Origin: Amoebidium appalachense
Lineage: Eukaryota > Protista > Ichthyosporea
Assembly (NCBI GenBank): GCA_963693365.1
Contig: CAVNZM010000014.1
Span: 2,852,001-2,916,000, forward strand
Direction of reading: 5' to 3'
Length of the DNA stretch: 64,000 nucleotides
Under the pieces are notes generated by a model that was not told the DNA's origin, did not search any database, and was given only the letters and a program-made list of their open reading frames with translations. This document shows positions 35,398 through 64,000 of the stretch, one piece after another (the first letter of the stretch is position 1; every line of letters begins with the position of its first letter). The translations under genes and the position numbers were made by a program.

Positions 35398-36955
35398 ACA
35401 CACACACACCCCACCCCTTTCTCCCCCCGCCATTTTGTAATATCCAGTGTAAAGGTGGTTCAGAATCTATTGGGACCACATTTACCTGCCGAGCGCAGGC
35501 CGGTGCGTGGAATCTCCAGTCTGTCCATCAACTTGAAGGCCACCCGCACATTGAACACCTGCACCAAAGAACTATTAGTCCTACCCCCCTCTCTCCCCCC
35601 CGCCCCCCCCTCTCTCCTCCTCCCTGTTTCTCCCAAAATCGTCTCCCCCCCCCCCCTCCCTCCCTCCCCCCCCCCCCCCAGTGGCCCCCACCCCCCATCC
35701 TCACACGTCCTCCACCTCTTTTCTTCTCTGCAGTCTTGACAAGTAAAAGAACATCCGAACAAACACAAACACTTTTCGCTGATATACTATCTGGTCGTCC
35801 CAACACCAACAACGCCTGTACCACAACCTGAAGCCGGCCTTGCAGGGGAGGGGGGGGGGAGGAAGGGGGGAAGGGGAGGGGGGGGGGGGGGGGGGGGTAG
35901 GGGGAGGGGAGGGGAAGGGAGCAGCACACGAAATTGTGAACTCATAGGCGCTGCCATTGTCGAGTGAGGGGGTTAAGGGAGGAACAAAAGAGTTAGAAAA
36001 GCAGGAATGGTTCCTTTTTCTTTTTCTTTTCTTTTCTTTTCCTCTTTTTTTCTTTTTTTTTTTTTCTTTTTTTGGGGGGGGGGGGGGGGGGGTGGAGAAT
36101 GTGGACGCAAAAGGAACCTGTTTATATTCCTTTCCACACAAAAAAAAAAAAAAAAAAAAAAAGGAGGGGGAAAAAAAGTGGGAAAGGAAGGGTAGGGGTG
36201 GGTGGGTGGGGGGGGGGGGGGGGGGGGGGGAGGGAGGGAGGGAGAAGGGGGAGGCAAAGAAAACGTGAAGAAAAAGAAAAAAAAAGACTATGTTTTCACA
36301 CCTTGCTCTGGTCGTCCTGTGGGTCCGGGTTGTAGTTGATGATAGGCACAAAGAAGTCACCCAGCATGCCCAGCAGGAAGATGAAGTTTAACCCATTGCT
36401 GAAATCAATCACGAGGCTCTCTACCTGTTTGTCTAACTTGCCTAGGTGCTTGTTGACGAAGGCGGTAATCAGCTATGGGGAGAGGGAATGTTTATGTTAA
36501 TTCTGTGTTTGCTTGCGGATACGGGAGTAGGTGGGTGGGTGGGTTTGGTAAAATTGAGCCCATTACTGAAGTTAGTCACGAGGCTCTCTACCTAGTTGTC
36601 TAACTTGCTAAGGTGTTTTGTTAACAAAGACGGTTATGAGCTGTAGGGAGAGGGAAGGAGGGAGGGACACAGGGGGGGGGGGGGGGGGAGGGGGGGGGGG
36701 GGGATGTTTGTCTGTGTTTGGTCGCGGATACAGGAGTGTGTGGGTGTGTGGGTTGGTGTGTGTGTGTGTGTGTGCGCGCGCGCGTGTATGTGCGTGTGTG
36801 GTGTTTACGTGTGGATGGGTTAGAGTTTATCTTGGTGGGTGTTGTTATTAGAGGGAGAGAGGGAGGGGAGAGAGGAAGGGGGGGGGAGGGGGACGGAGGG
36901 AGGGAGGGAGGGAGGGAAGAAGGGAGAGAGACAGAGAGAGGGGGGGGGGGGGGGG

Positions 36956-37020
<65 letters not shown>

Positions 37021-37825
37021 TGTGTGTGTGTGTGTGACAGAGAGTAGACACACATACCGTCTCCACCTGGTCGATCTTATCCGGATGTTCGTCGAAAAGC
37101 TCATCGAAGGCATCCCTCTCCACTTCCTCCTCCCCACCAGACACCCACGCATCCTCCCTGCATACGATGCCACAATTAACGATCAAGTCACCATTTCGTA
37201 GTGGGGCACCTTCTATGGCAAATGCCTTAAAAAGGTCATTCCATATATGGGGACAACCAATAATCACACGTCTCCCTAATTTGTGGAAAAATTAACGGCC
37301 AAGTCAGCCTTTCACGGTGGCCCACCTTTTTCCTTTTGCCAACTGTCGGCTTAGAGGTTAACCGCACATAACTTCCAAATGCACCACGAAGATATTTTTT
37401 CTGCCTGCGGAAATTTTGGCACCAAGCAGCAGCAGTAACGACGAGGGGAAGAGGGTGGAGACGGAATGGCATGGGGGAGAAGGGGAGAGGGGGGGGGTGA
37501 GGGGAGGGATGTGTTCTAAATTATGGGGCAGAAAATAGCTCTGGGATTTGCTAGGTGTTAGCTGGTAACTCTATATGCTTTTGCAGACACACCCCTCGCC
37601 ATCACCAAACACATGTACATGCCCCTGCACCCCTCATCCCTCTTTTCCCCTCCACCCCCCCCTCTCCCCCCCTTCTCCCTCCCGTCCCCCCTCCGCCTCC
37701 CTTCCCCTTGCTCCCTGGTTTCCATGTTTCCCTTCTCCTTCCTTTGTAAGGTGCCTGGTGCTTAGTTTGTATATCGCAAATGCAAGGCAACACCCTTCTT
37801 CGACCGCCCAGTAATGTACAGTTGG

Positions 37826-37859
<34 letters not shown>

Positions 37860-37889
37860 ACACACACACACACCCACATCAAAAAGAAG

Positions 37890-37958
<69 letters not shown>

Positions 37959-38627
37959 AGGGAGGGAGGGAGGGAGGGAGGGAGGGAGGGAGGGAGGGAG
38001 GGAGGGAGGGAGGGAGGGAGGGAGGGAGGGAGGGAGGGAGGGAGGGAGGGAGGGAGGGAGGGAGGGAGAGAGCTAGAGAGCCTAGCACTTACTCTGGCAC
38101 GTTTGTTTCTGCCTCTGCAGCTATCTGCTGTTCGAGCCTACGGGCCCTGTTCAGTTCGTGGTAGGAGCTCTCATCCTCAGTCACCTTGACACCGATGGTC
38201 TTTTGGATGATGTCCCCTCCTTTGATCATCTGCGGAAAGGGAGGGGGAGAGGGGGGGGGGGGGGGGGGAGGGGGGGGGGAGGGGTTAGCATGTGTTATAT
38301 AGTACGACGTGCACATTCATAGTCGAAAAAATTATGAAGAGTGCAAACCACACAAACAGTACGCATATTATGCAGACCCCATACCCCATCCTCCCCATCC
38401 TCAGGGGGGAGCAATCATCCACAGTACCCGAGTTTCGACCAATTCACCTCGTCGACGAAACCCAGCTCAAATACTGTTTCACTTGAACATGGGTGGGCCA
38501 CCCGTCCTGATCACAGACGGGCAGGGTCACGAACAAGCTACGGGATATGCCTTTGGCTCTACCTTCTGACTTAGACCCACACGACCCCCTTTTATGCGTA
38601 CTAAATTCCTTCCCCCCCCCCCCCCCC

Positions 38628-38660
<33 letters not shown>

Positions 38661-39730
38661 ACCCACCCACCAACCCACCCATCCACACCCACCCACCCAC
38701 CCACCCACCCACCCACCCACACACGCACACGCACACACACACGCACACGCACACACCCCACACACACGCACCAAACCTCCACACACACCGAAGGCGAAAA
38801 AAAAAAAAACCAAAACGAAAACGCAACATTTCACACAATATGGTGTACCACACACACACACACGCACCTCTCTCCTTATCAAGTTAACGGTAACGTTTGA
38901 AGGAAGGTCGTGTGGGCACTCGAACTTGTGTGCCAACTCCACCATCAGGCAGTAGATCGCCGCAATATTCCCCATGTAGATGTCTGCGTTTTAAACCGCC
39001 GGTATGAACAGTATATAACAAAAAAAAAACGGTAAGGGTGGATGTGTTGGTGGGATGATGTTACGGGTAGGAAAGAAGCAACGGGAAAGCAGGGGGCCAA
39101 AGTGCTCAGGTAGAAGTGAGGTTCCGGGTAAATGCCTGTTTTTCACGCTCCCCCCCCCCCCCTCTCTCCCCTCCCCCTCCCCCCCCCCCAAAATAAAAAT
39201 AAAACAACCCCCCCCCTCCCTACCCTTTTTTTGGGGGGGGGGGAGGGGGGGGGGAGAAGGGGAGGGGGGGGGGGGGGGCAAGGGGAGGGGGAGGGCGAGT
39301 GTGCATTCCTACACACCTGTGCATGTGTTAGGGAAAGCAACTGATAGCCGAGTGTTAGGATCAGACGATGGGGCGTATGCGTGAGACTTTTTTTTGTGTG
39401 TGCAGGTTTGTGCGTGTTTGCCTTTTCTTTGATTAAAATAGCGAGCTGCGGGGATGTAATGGAATGTAGCTCGCTGCTAAGCGAGGGATCGGCAAAACAT
39501 GTCAGCTAAAATTAGCTGCGACAGAGATTCGGTGCTGAATGTACGCCTTGGTGTCCCCCCCCCCCAAAAAAAAAAAAAAAAAAAAAAAGGAAAAGGAAAA
39601 GGAACGTCGAAGGAGAAATGTGTGCATGAAATACGGAGAAGAAAAAGATTCTTCATTAGCGTGGGGGAGAATTGGGAGAAAAGCAGGCATCGTATCCTCC
39701 ACCCTCGATCCCTTTCAATGCCCCCCTCCT

Positions 39731-39761
<31 letters not shown>

Positions 39762-41610
39762 ACCACCACCCACCCACCCATCCACCCGCCGCCACAAACC
39801 CACCCACACTCACACATCTCTTGATTGCCCATTTCAACCGATAAAAACATAAAACTTTTGATCAAGGGGACCTATCTGGCTGTTGTTAAAAATGCAGCAA
39901 GAAAAGAACAATAGATATATTCATTGAGTATTATGTAACGGACTCACTGTGCATGCAACAAGTAAATAACAATAGTAACGAATCATTTTTGTAGGAGACC
40001 CACCGTTTACACTCCATCTGTCCTCAGTCGCTATTCCAAAGTTGTCCTCTAGGTAGCTGAGCAGTGCAGAGATGTTCTGCTTGTAGCTCATCTCATTCGC
40101 GGCTACGTCATTGTGTGGAATTTCCTCTCCCGTTAATTGCTCTGTGTGTGTATGTGTGTGTGTGAAAAAAAGGTTTTTCTTTAACACGGTGTCCACACAA
40201 GGCGGGAAGTGCACAAGGTGGGAAGGAGTGGGAAATTATCAGTGAAGCACAGAGAATGTTTTCAACCAAGACAAGATTGCCAAATGGTTAGCTGCTCTGT
40301 GTGTGGGGGAAAGAGATTTTTGTCAACGTTGTGTTCGCAGAAGTTGGAAAGAGTGCTGAATGGTTGCAGTAGAGAGAACGTCTGCAAGCGAGAAAAGACT
40401 GCTACCTGGTTAGCAGCTCTGTGTGTGGACAAGAGGTTTTCGTTAATGTGGTTTGTGCACAAGTTAGGAAGGTGTTCTCTGGTTAGCTGCTCTGTGTTGC
40501 CGAACAGACGTTTTTCTTTAACGCGGCGCACGCACAAAATCCGGTGGGAGTGGTTATGGTTGAAGTAAAGAGAATGTGTGCAACCAAGAAAAGATTACCA
40601 TCAGTAAGCTGCTTTTGTGTGCACAAAAAAGGTTCTCCGTTAAACTTTGTGTGTGCATAAGTTGGGAAGGAGTTCTCCTGTTAGTTGCCCTGTGTGCGAC
40701 GAAAAGAGGTTTTCAAAGTTAGCGTGGTGTGCGCACAAGTCGGGAGAGATTTGGCTAAGTGCAGAGAATGTGTGCAACCTAAACAACATTGCCATGACAC
40801 CATACTATTTCCAAGGAATTACTAATACTCGGCAAGAGGTTCCAAATCCTGCTGTCTTCTGTATGTCTTGTTGCACCCCCTGCGGATACTTTCGAACTTG
40901 ATAACTAAAATGGCCGAAAATCCGCACTGCAACAGGGGTCTCTCTCAAGCACGCGCTCTGTTCCTCTGTTTTACACATCGAGCTCTAGAAAGATTTTTTC
41001 TCTTCTTTTTAAGGGGAAAAAACATTATGACCCAGTATGAAGCCCATGTCCGCTTTACCTAAAGTGATTAGTAGAGAAAGTGCAGATGCTACACAGAGAA
41101 AAAACCCACCTACGAACTTTATCAATGCTTCGCCGGTCCTAAGATCCTTCACGAACATGCGAATGAAGAAGTTTGTCTTTGAGGCATACTCGTTCATCCA
41201 TGTCATTAGTTGCTGCAAGGAAAAATTTTCAAGTCAGTGAAAACATTCGTACCCAATCTTCATCAGTCCCCCCTCCCCCCCCCCCCCCCCCCCCACACGC
41301 ACACACCCTCCTGCCTTCTTTTCCTCTCCCCCCGCCCCCCCCTCCCCCAACACAAACACACCCTCCCCCCCCCCCCCCCCCCCCCCCCCCCACCACCACC
41401 ACATACACACGCCGCGCGCACACACACACACAAGCACTCACCACATTTTCCTTTTTAACCGACTCAATCACTCACGCACTAACCTGCCCACCACAATCTT
41501 ACCATGCACGAAAGCTACAATCGAAAAAAGCTACACAGACGATCGAAACAGACAGGTTGCAAAGCGAAGGATTGCAATCAGCTACTCTGTCTTTCTTTTT
41601 TTCTTTTTTA

Positions 41611-41653
<43 letters not shown>

Positions 41654-42373
41654 TTCTTTTCTTTTCTTTTCTTTTTTTAATTTTTTTTTATTTTTTTTTT
41701 ATTTTTTTTTTTATTTTTTTTTATTTTTAGGCTGTTGGCAGCTACTCTGTTTGCTGAAGAAACGCAAAAAAAAAAAAAAAACTACAGAAACCCAATCAAA
41801 AATCTAAAAGACCAAGAGAAGATTGCTCCAATTTCTGCACAGCCTCCTTGCCACCTTACTCAAACTCTACTCATTCATACAAATGACCTGGCCCGAATTC
41901 AGAGTGTGACATCGGATCTTGGGTTATCAAAAAAGCACATCTTAGAAAGTCTTCGACTAAGGGCGACCTTGCACGTGTCGGGCAAAAGAAACAGGCACTA
42001 GATGTGGCTGCAAAGAAACAGAATGAACAGACGAAGCTGCAGTCACACAGAGCACCGCGCGGGGTTATGGTATGGCACGGGGAGACCTTTGGACACGAGA
42101 GGGAAATCTCATCCTAGGGCTGCAGAATCTGCTTTGCCTGTGCTTTTGGATCTCTTTGTGTGCGGGTGTGCGGGTGAACATTTGCAGGTATGGAAAGGGA
42201 TAAAAAAAAAAAGGGCAGAAAAAGACGGAAGGGGCAAAAGGAGGGGGGGGGGGGGGGGAGAGGGGGAGGGCACGAGGGCACTGCATCTTTTTAAAGGTGC
42301 CGGTGCATGCGTGCCGGAGATCCAAAGTGAACGTGTCTGCAAGTCTTCGAGGCGAAGAAGGGGGGGCGCGGGG

Positions 42374-42412
<39 letters not shown>

Positions 42413-42676
42413 GGAGGAGGTTAGGGCCTTGGGAGGGGGGTAGGGAGGGTTGGAAAGGTGGGAGAGGAGAACCAAGAATGCATGGGCTGCGAAGGGGATT
42501 ATGGTTTGATAGTGGCTTACCTTTTCCAGTTTTTTTCTGTTAATGTCGTTAACCGACGTGGGATGTAACGTCAATGATACATCCCCGACCCTTTCCATGA
42601 CCTCCGTTGCCTTCACCTTGGTGGACATGAAGGCATCTTGAATGAGGGTCTTGCTGTGTCCTTTTTTGCTCGCCAT
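34631..42676 (-). CDS. PARV: Parvin (tandem CH-domain focal-adhesion protein); exons 42676-42521, 41212-41110, 40141-40004, 38983-38868, 38229-38093, 37157-37058, 36472-36302, 35558-35486, 34707-34631
   Basis: The spliced product contains ERDAFDELFDEHPDKI, LITAFVNKHLGKL, FSNGLNFIFLLGMLGDFFVPI, KVFNVRVAFKLM and IVGQDKKTLFRMLYNIFMKYR*, closely paralleling the parvin CH2 domain. All 8 introns are GT-AG and phase-consistent. Confidence 0.92.
36577..36658 (-). repeat. Decayed duplicate of the acceptor and first ~22 codons of parvin exon 7
   Basis: tcacgaggctctctacct...tgtctaacttgc...gct(a/g)t.gggagagggaa occurs at both 36409-36488 and 36577-36658. The copy has a 1-nt insertion and a TAG. Confidence 0.85.
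38283..38526 (-). mobile_element. Dispersed repeat family, copy E (long form), abutting the parvin exon-5 pyrimidine tract
   Basis: ggttagcatgtgttatatagtacgacgtgcacattcat...gagtgcaaaccacac...cccatcctcagggggg...cccgagtttcgaccaattcacc...ccgtcctgatcacagacgggcaggg. Confidence 0.7.
40125..40785 (-). repeat. Degenerate tandem array echoing the parvin exon-3 acceptor
   Basis: About 6 units of gttag(c/t)tgctctgtgtg...aagaggtttt...ttaa...gcacaag. Translating the copies regenerates TEQLT, the start of the real exon. Confidence 0.8.
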
Positions 42677-43487
42677 TTTTAAAAGGTTATGATTTACTTA
42701 AACCAGTTGTTTATTATAGAAGCGATGTGACGATGTGGACAAAAAGATTTGTCAAATGGACGGATCTCTGCAAAACTATGTCCTTATTTTTCGAACCTCT
42801 GGGCTAATCTAATGTTCCTGCAGGGGGAGCACAATACCCAACCAACAAGCACAGATCCGTTCGTGATGTTCTTCGTGTCAGACCAACGGAGAAAAAGCTG
42901 TCTTGCTAACCACTATCATAGAAAACCCACAAGAAGAAGCACTGATGACTACCCTTACAAATTACTCCAGCAAACAAACTTTCACAAAGCTCTGGGGCCG
43001 CACTCACTGAGTATTTAACGCCAGCTGTGCACCTGCCATTTTTGGAAGGTGTTTTTCATTAGTCTTGCAGGATTTCTTTGGTTCCAGAAGGGTATACAAG
43101 GCGAAGACTACTCGAGCGGGCCGCTCCAGCCTCCACTGCGAGCGGCTGCGAAAGGAAGGGATCATAGAGAGAGAGGCAGAGAGAGACAGAGAAAGAGAAA
43201 GAGAGAGGATGGACGTGAAGCTAGCGAGCATACCGTATGATTTGTGAGTAGGCAGTTTTAAGCAGCCAAGTCTAGCCATCAAGAGTTCGGTGTGTGTTCT
43301 GGGACGCCACTTTCCACTGTCGATGCTAAACACACACTATATGAACAACAAGACGCAAAGAAAGCAAACACCTGTAGTGCGAGAGATATGAATGCGTTAA
43401 CCTAAAGCAAGGGACGATTCCTCGTTTACCTGTACTGTTTTTGTACCCTCTCGTAGTCTGGGCTGAAAAGAAGCGGCAGGTCACAAC
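42677..43487. promoter_or_regulatory. Putative bidirectional promoter between parvin and MDM12
   Basis: About 810 bp of largely repeat-free sequence between divergent ATGs. Confidence 0.45.
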
Positions 43488-49157
<5,670 letters not shown>

Positions 49158-49407
49158 CCTGACTAGATGCCCTCCCCCCGCCCTCCCCCTCCCCCCCTGT
49201 CCTCCGTCTCCCCCTACCCCGTCTTCCTCCTTCGCCCCACTCCCCACCCTCCTCCACTCGCCCCCCCCCCCCCCCCCCTCCCCCCCCCCCCCCCCCCCCT
49301 CCCCCTCCCTCCCTCCCCCCCTCCCCCCCCCCCCCCCCCCCCTTCCCCCGGCACGCGACTACACCGCTTTTCTTATGACGCAACGGTGAAGGCAAATGTG
49401 ATGTGGC

Positions 49408-49451
49408 TAAGGCCTCCTAAATACTAACATGTTAGTGTATAGGAGGCCTTG
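49408..49451. mobile_element. 44-bp palindromic hAT-like mini-element with 8-bp target-site duplication
   Basis: Arms TAAGGCCTCCTAAATACTAACA / CAAGGCCTCCTATACACTAACA (3 mismatches, no spacer), flanked by GATGTGGC at 49400-49407 and 49452-49459. Confidence 0.75.
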
Positions 49452-50535
49452 GATGTGGCGCAATTTTTTTTGCTGCAGCATTCAAAACTTCATCTACTGT
49501 AGGCAGAATAGTGAACAAAACGTGACTGTGTGCATGTACGAACTTGCTAGAAGCGTGTGTCAATTTCTTTGGCGTTATGTTGCGTGAACGGTATGAACAG
49601 TGTATGAGCACAAACAGTGTTAATCATCTTTGCATGTGGTTTGTTTAGACCTTGCACGTGTTTTGTGCTTGAATGGTGTTTTTGTATCCAAGAACGTGGA
49701 TTACAAGTATTTACCTTGTGTTGCAGATACTACGAATACAGAACTGTGTGCTCCAGTTTGGCTTCCGTTTGTTGTACTAAAGAAATCGAAATGCCAGACT
49801 CCAAAACTGGATTTTGGTATGCATGTAGAACTTATGACCTTTGGGACTGTGTGTCCGGATTTACTCGCTGTAGCCATCATCTTACGAATGACCTCTAGTG
49901 GATCAGTGCTAAAAATTATGATATCTATCTAATGCGAATGAATAAACGTTGGAAGATCATGCATGGCCAGATCTGGGTTTGAACATGCCGTACTGTCATA
50001 ATCCAATAAACCCATGCATGTGCGTGTTTGCACGAATATGCTCACGCGCCCACACACACATGTGTACGCACGCGCATTTGACACGCGTGCGCACACATGC
50101 AATATGTACACACACACACAAACACACACACACACACACCGTGGCCCACATGCGTACGGATGCACACTGCACATTCACAAAAAAACACTGGCCCACACAT
50201 AACCTAGTCCGGTTCACATCCACAACTCCAGACACGAAAGCACGCATAGCCCGATGCAGTCCATGGCTTTATTGCACACGTATGTGTGCGGGGTAGACCT
50301 AGTGATATCAACCTAACTCTTTTTTTTCTTTTTAATTTCTTTTTCTTTTCTTTCTTTCTTTTTTTTTTCAGTGGTGGTGGTGATGGTGGGAGCTGGCGGT
50401 GGGCCTGTGGTGGTGGTGGTGGTTGTGGCGGCGATGTGTGTGTGTGTGTGTGTGTGTCACAGTGTGTTTGTTTGTTGTTTGTGTGTGTGTGTGTGTGGGT
50501 GGGTGGGTGGTGGTGGTGGTGGTGGTGGTGGTGGA

Positions 50536-50568
<33 letters not shown>

Positions 50569-51349
50569 TATCACCACCAAGTGCGAGTTTATCGCAGTGG
50601 CCATGGTGTACGTGGCAGCTGAGAGGATTGTGGGGACATACGCATAAGTATATATACCGGAGCTTTAGCAGGCTAATTAGATTGGTTTAGGACCGTGGCA
50701 TCTTGCTTAAATGGGTGCACATGATTTTGCCGGCCACTAAAAGGGCATACATGTGTACACCTGGCTTGGTTTCTGAACAATGAGCCCGTGTACAGATGTA
50801 CACGGGCTAATCGTGTTCTTATTCTTTAATACACATATATATATCCACATACATGATTTATAAGCACAATTAATCGTCTTTTTGCACAAAAATACGAATA
50901 CCATTATTAAATTTCGGCTGCCAAACACACCCACTGGCTATCACCGTGTTTTGGTACAACTACGGTCCAGTTGTTCTGCATACATACATATATATATGGT
51001 CTTAAAAACTCGTCAATGTGCACATTCGGCATCTTTGCTCTATGCAAATTTCATACAATCAAAAAAAAAAAAAAAAAAAAAAAAAAAAACGGTCACACAA
51101 AGTCAAGGTCGTGGTGTGAAATGAACATTTATACTTAAGATCTATAATACAGATAAAGTCGTCGGCATATCATTCAACACGCATGTGATCTAAATATGCC
51201 ATCATTACTCCCCCCCCCCCCCCCCCCTCCTCCCCCCTCCCCCCCCCCCCCCCCCCTCCCCCCCTCCCCCCCCCTCCCCCCCCCCCCCCCCCCACCCACC
51301 CACCCCCTTCCCTTCCCTCTCTCGCCCGTCTTTACTCTACGATTTATCA

Positions 51350-51419
<70 letters not shown>

Positions 51420-51646
51420 AAAAAAATCCCCCCCCCCCCCCCCCGCCACACACACACACACACACCCGCCTGCCCCATTCTCCGTGGGGAGGGGGTCTGC
51501 AAGGGTGTTGCGACACCCGTTAAGCGGGTTAAGGGGGTGTAGGTGAACACCTGGAAGGGAAGCTTATCCAGAAAAAGGCTCTCTCTTCAAAGCCCTCCCT
51601 TTCTCGTCACAGACTTTGGAACCCACCGCGGAGCAACATAAAAAAA

Positions 51647-57331
<5,685 letters not shown>

Positions 57332-58128
57332 GCTGTTGGTGAGGGGCAGTCAAAAGGTGCTTTGTTGTTTGATGGTGAATAGACTTGAAAGAGGTTCTCG
57401 GAAAGAATACGAAGAGGATGTGAGTAAGCTTGCCTAAGCGAAGAGGAGAGGAGATGGGGAGAAGGAGGGGATTGGGGGAAGCGGGGCTTTGAGTCGTTTA
57501 GTTTTTAGCGGGCAAAGAAGCCTGGATGTGTTGGCAAGAAAAAAGCTCGGCACGCCAAACTTTCGAGAAAACACCACGGCCAACCGTGAGAAAACACCAA
57601 TTTTGAACCTTGGAAAACACCCGAGGTTTGTGCCCTGGTGGTGATTGGTCCAGAAGTAATCCAATCATCTCCTTGGCGCCAAAATCAATAGCCAAATATA
57701 GCTATTGCAACAGTGACACTGCCACGCCTGTTGCAATGAGCTGCCAGCGGCCTCCACACACCATCGTAAACACGTGTGCCACAGAGACGTGAAAACTAAT
57801 GCAGGACACGGGGGAACAGAGAGATTAAAAGGGGAGACTAGAGAGAAACCATTACCAATTTGCTCCATTTTTGTGTAGGTTGGAATCCATACAAGCATCC
57901 ACAAGTCGCCTTACATGAAGTGAATGTATACTTTTTCATGTTTTATGTAGCCACTGATGCCACTAGGTAGAATATAAACCACTGCAGCTCATCCGGCGCA
58001 TGGCTCGCCTGGCACGTTCACTAATCACCCACACACGGTCGTTTTGTATCACATCTTGGTCATGTCCTGACATTCTGAGACGTCATCCTTTTCTAATAAG
58101 AGCATAAGAACACGAGAATTGAGCCATC
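57332..58128. promoter_or_regulatory. Putative bidirectional promoter between ATG10 and the rhodanese gene
   Basis: Repeat-free ~800-bp spacer; TTGGCGCCAAAA (E2F-like) at about 57673. Confidence 0.4.
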
Positions 58129-63913
<5,785 letters not shown>

Positions 63914-64000
63914 GTATGTATTCCCTTCTCTCCCCTCCCCCCCCCCCCCCCCCCCCTCCCCGGGAATTACGAATTTTGAGGGGATTTTTTGTGTATGTTT

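Noticed and set aside
38500-38526. Hammerhead ribozyme in the dispersed repeat
   Set aside because: CTGATCA does not match the CTGANGA core, and no properly placed GAAA/stems were seen
39440-39476. Small inverted repeat TAGCGAGCT...AGCTCGCTG as a transposon
   Set aside because: Short stem, no TSD, single copy

Overview
Eukaryotic, intron-rich genomic DNA saturated with simple repeats (poly-G/poly-C, (CA)n/(GT)n, (GA)n/(CT)n), so most ORFs in the six-frame track are microsatellite artefacts. Manual splicing of the short unique islands (GT-AG, phases checked) gives these gene models: NASP/Sim3-like histone chaperone (-), a frameshifted F-box/LRR gene (+), a large unknown gene with a GATA-like C4 finger and PAM2-like motif (-), an intronless GT31/Fringe-like glycosyltransferase with a PAN/apple-like C-terminus (-), parvin (-), ERMES subunit MDM12 (+), ATG10 (-) and a TrhO/TSTD2-type rhodanese (+, cut by the window end). 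Six of these form three head-to-head pairs. Parvin plus MDM12 suggests a unicellular opisthokont or close relative (e.g. ichthyosporean/filasterean); this is inference. The most unusual signals are non-coding. (1) A dispersed repeat family has 7 copies, all intronic or putatively intronic, all in one orientation relative to the host gene, most ending in a branch-point-like CTAAC plus a C tract; one copy holds an 11 x 70-bp array. (2) Degenerate tandem 'echoes' of splice junctions lie inside introns at six sites. (3) Microsatellites grow directly out of splice sites. Smaller finds are a 44-bp hAT-like palindrome with 8-bp TSD, a ~186-bp MITE and a decayed tRNA pair. All calls were made by eye, without database searches.
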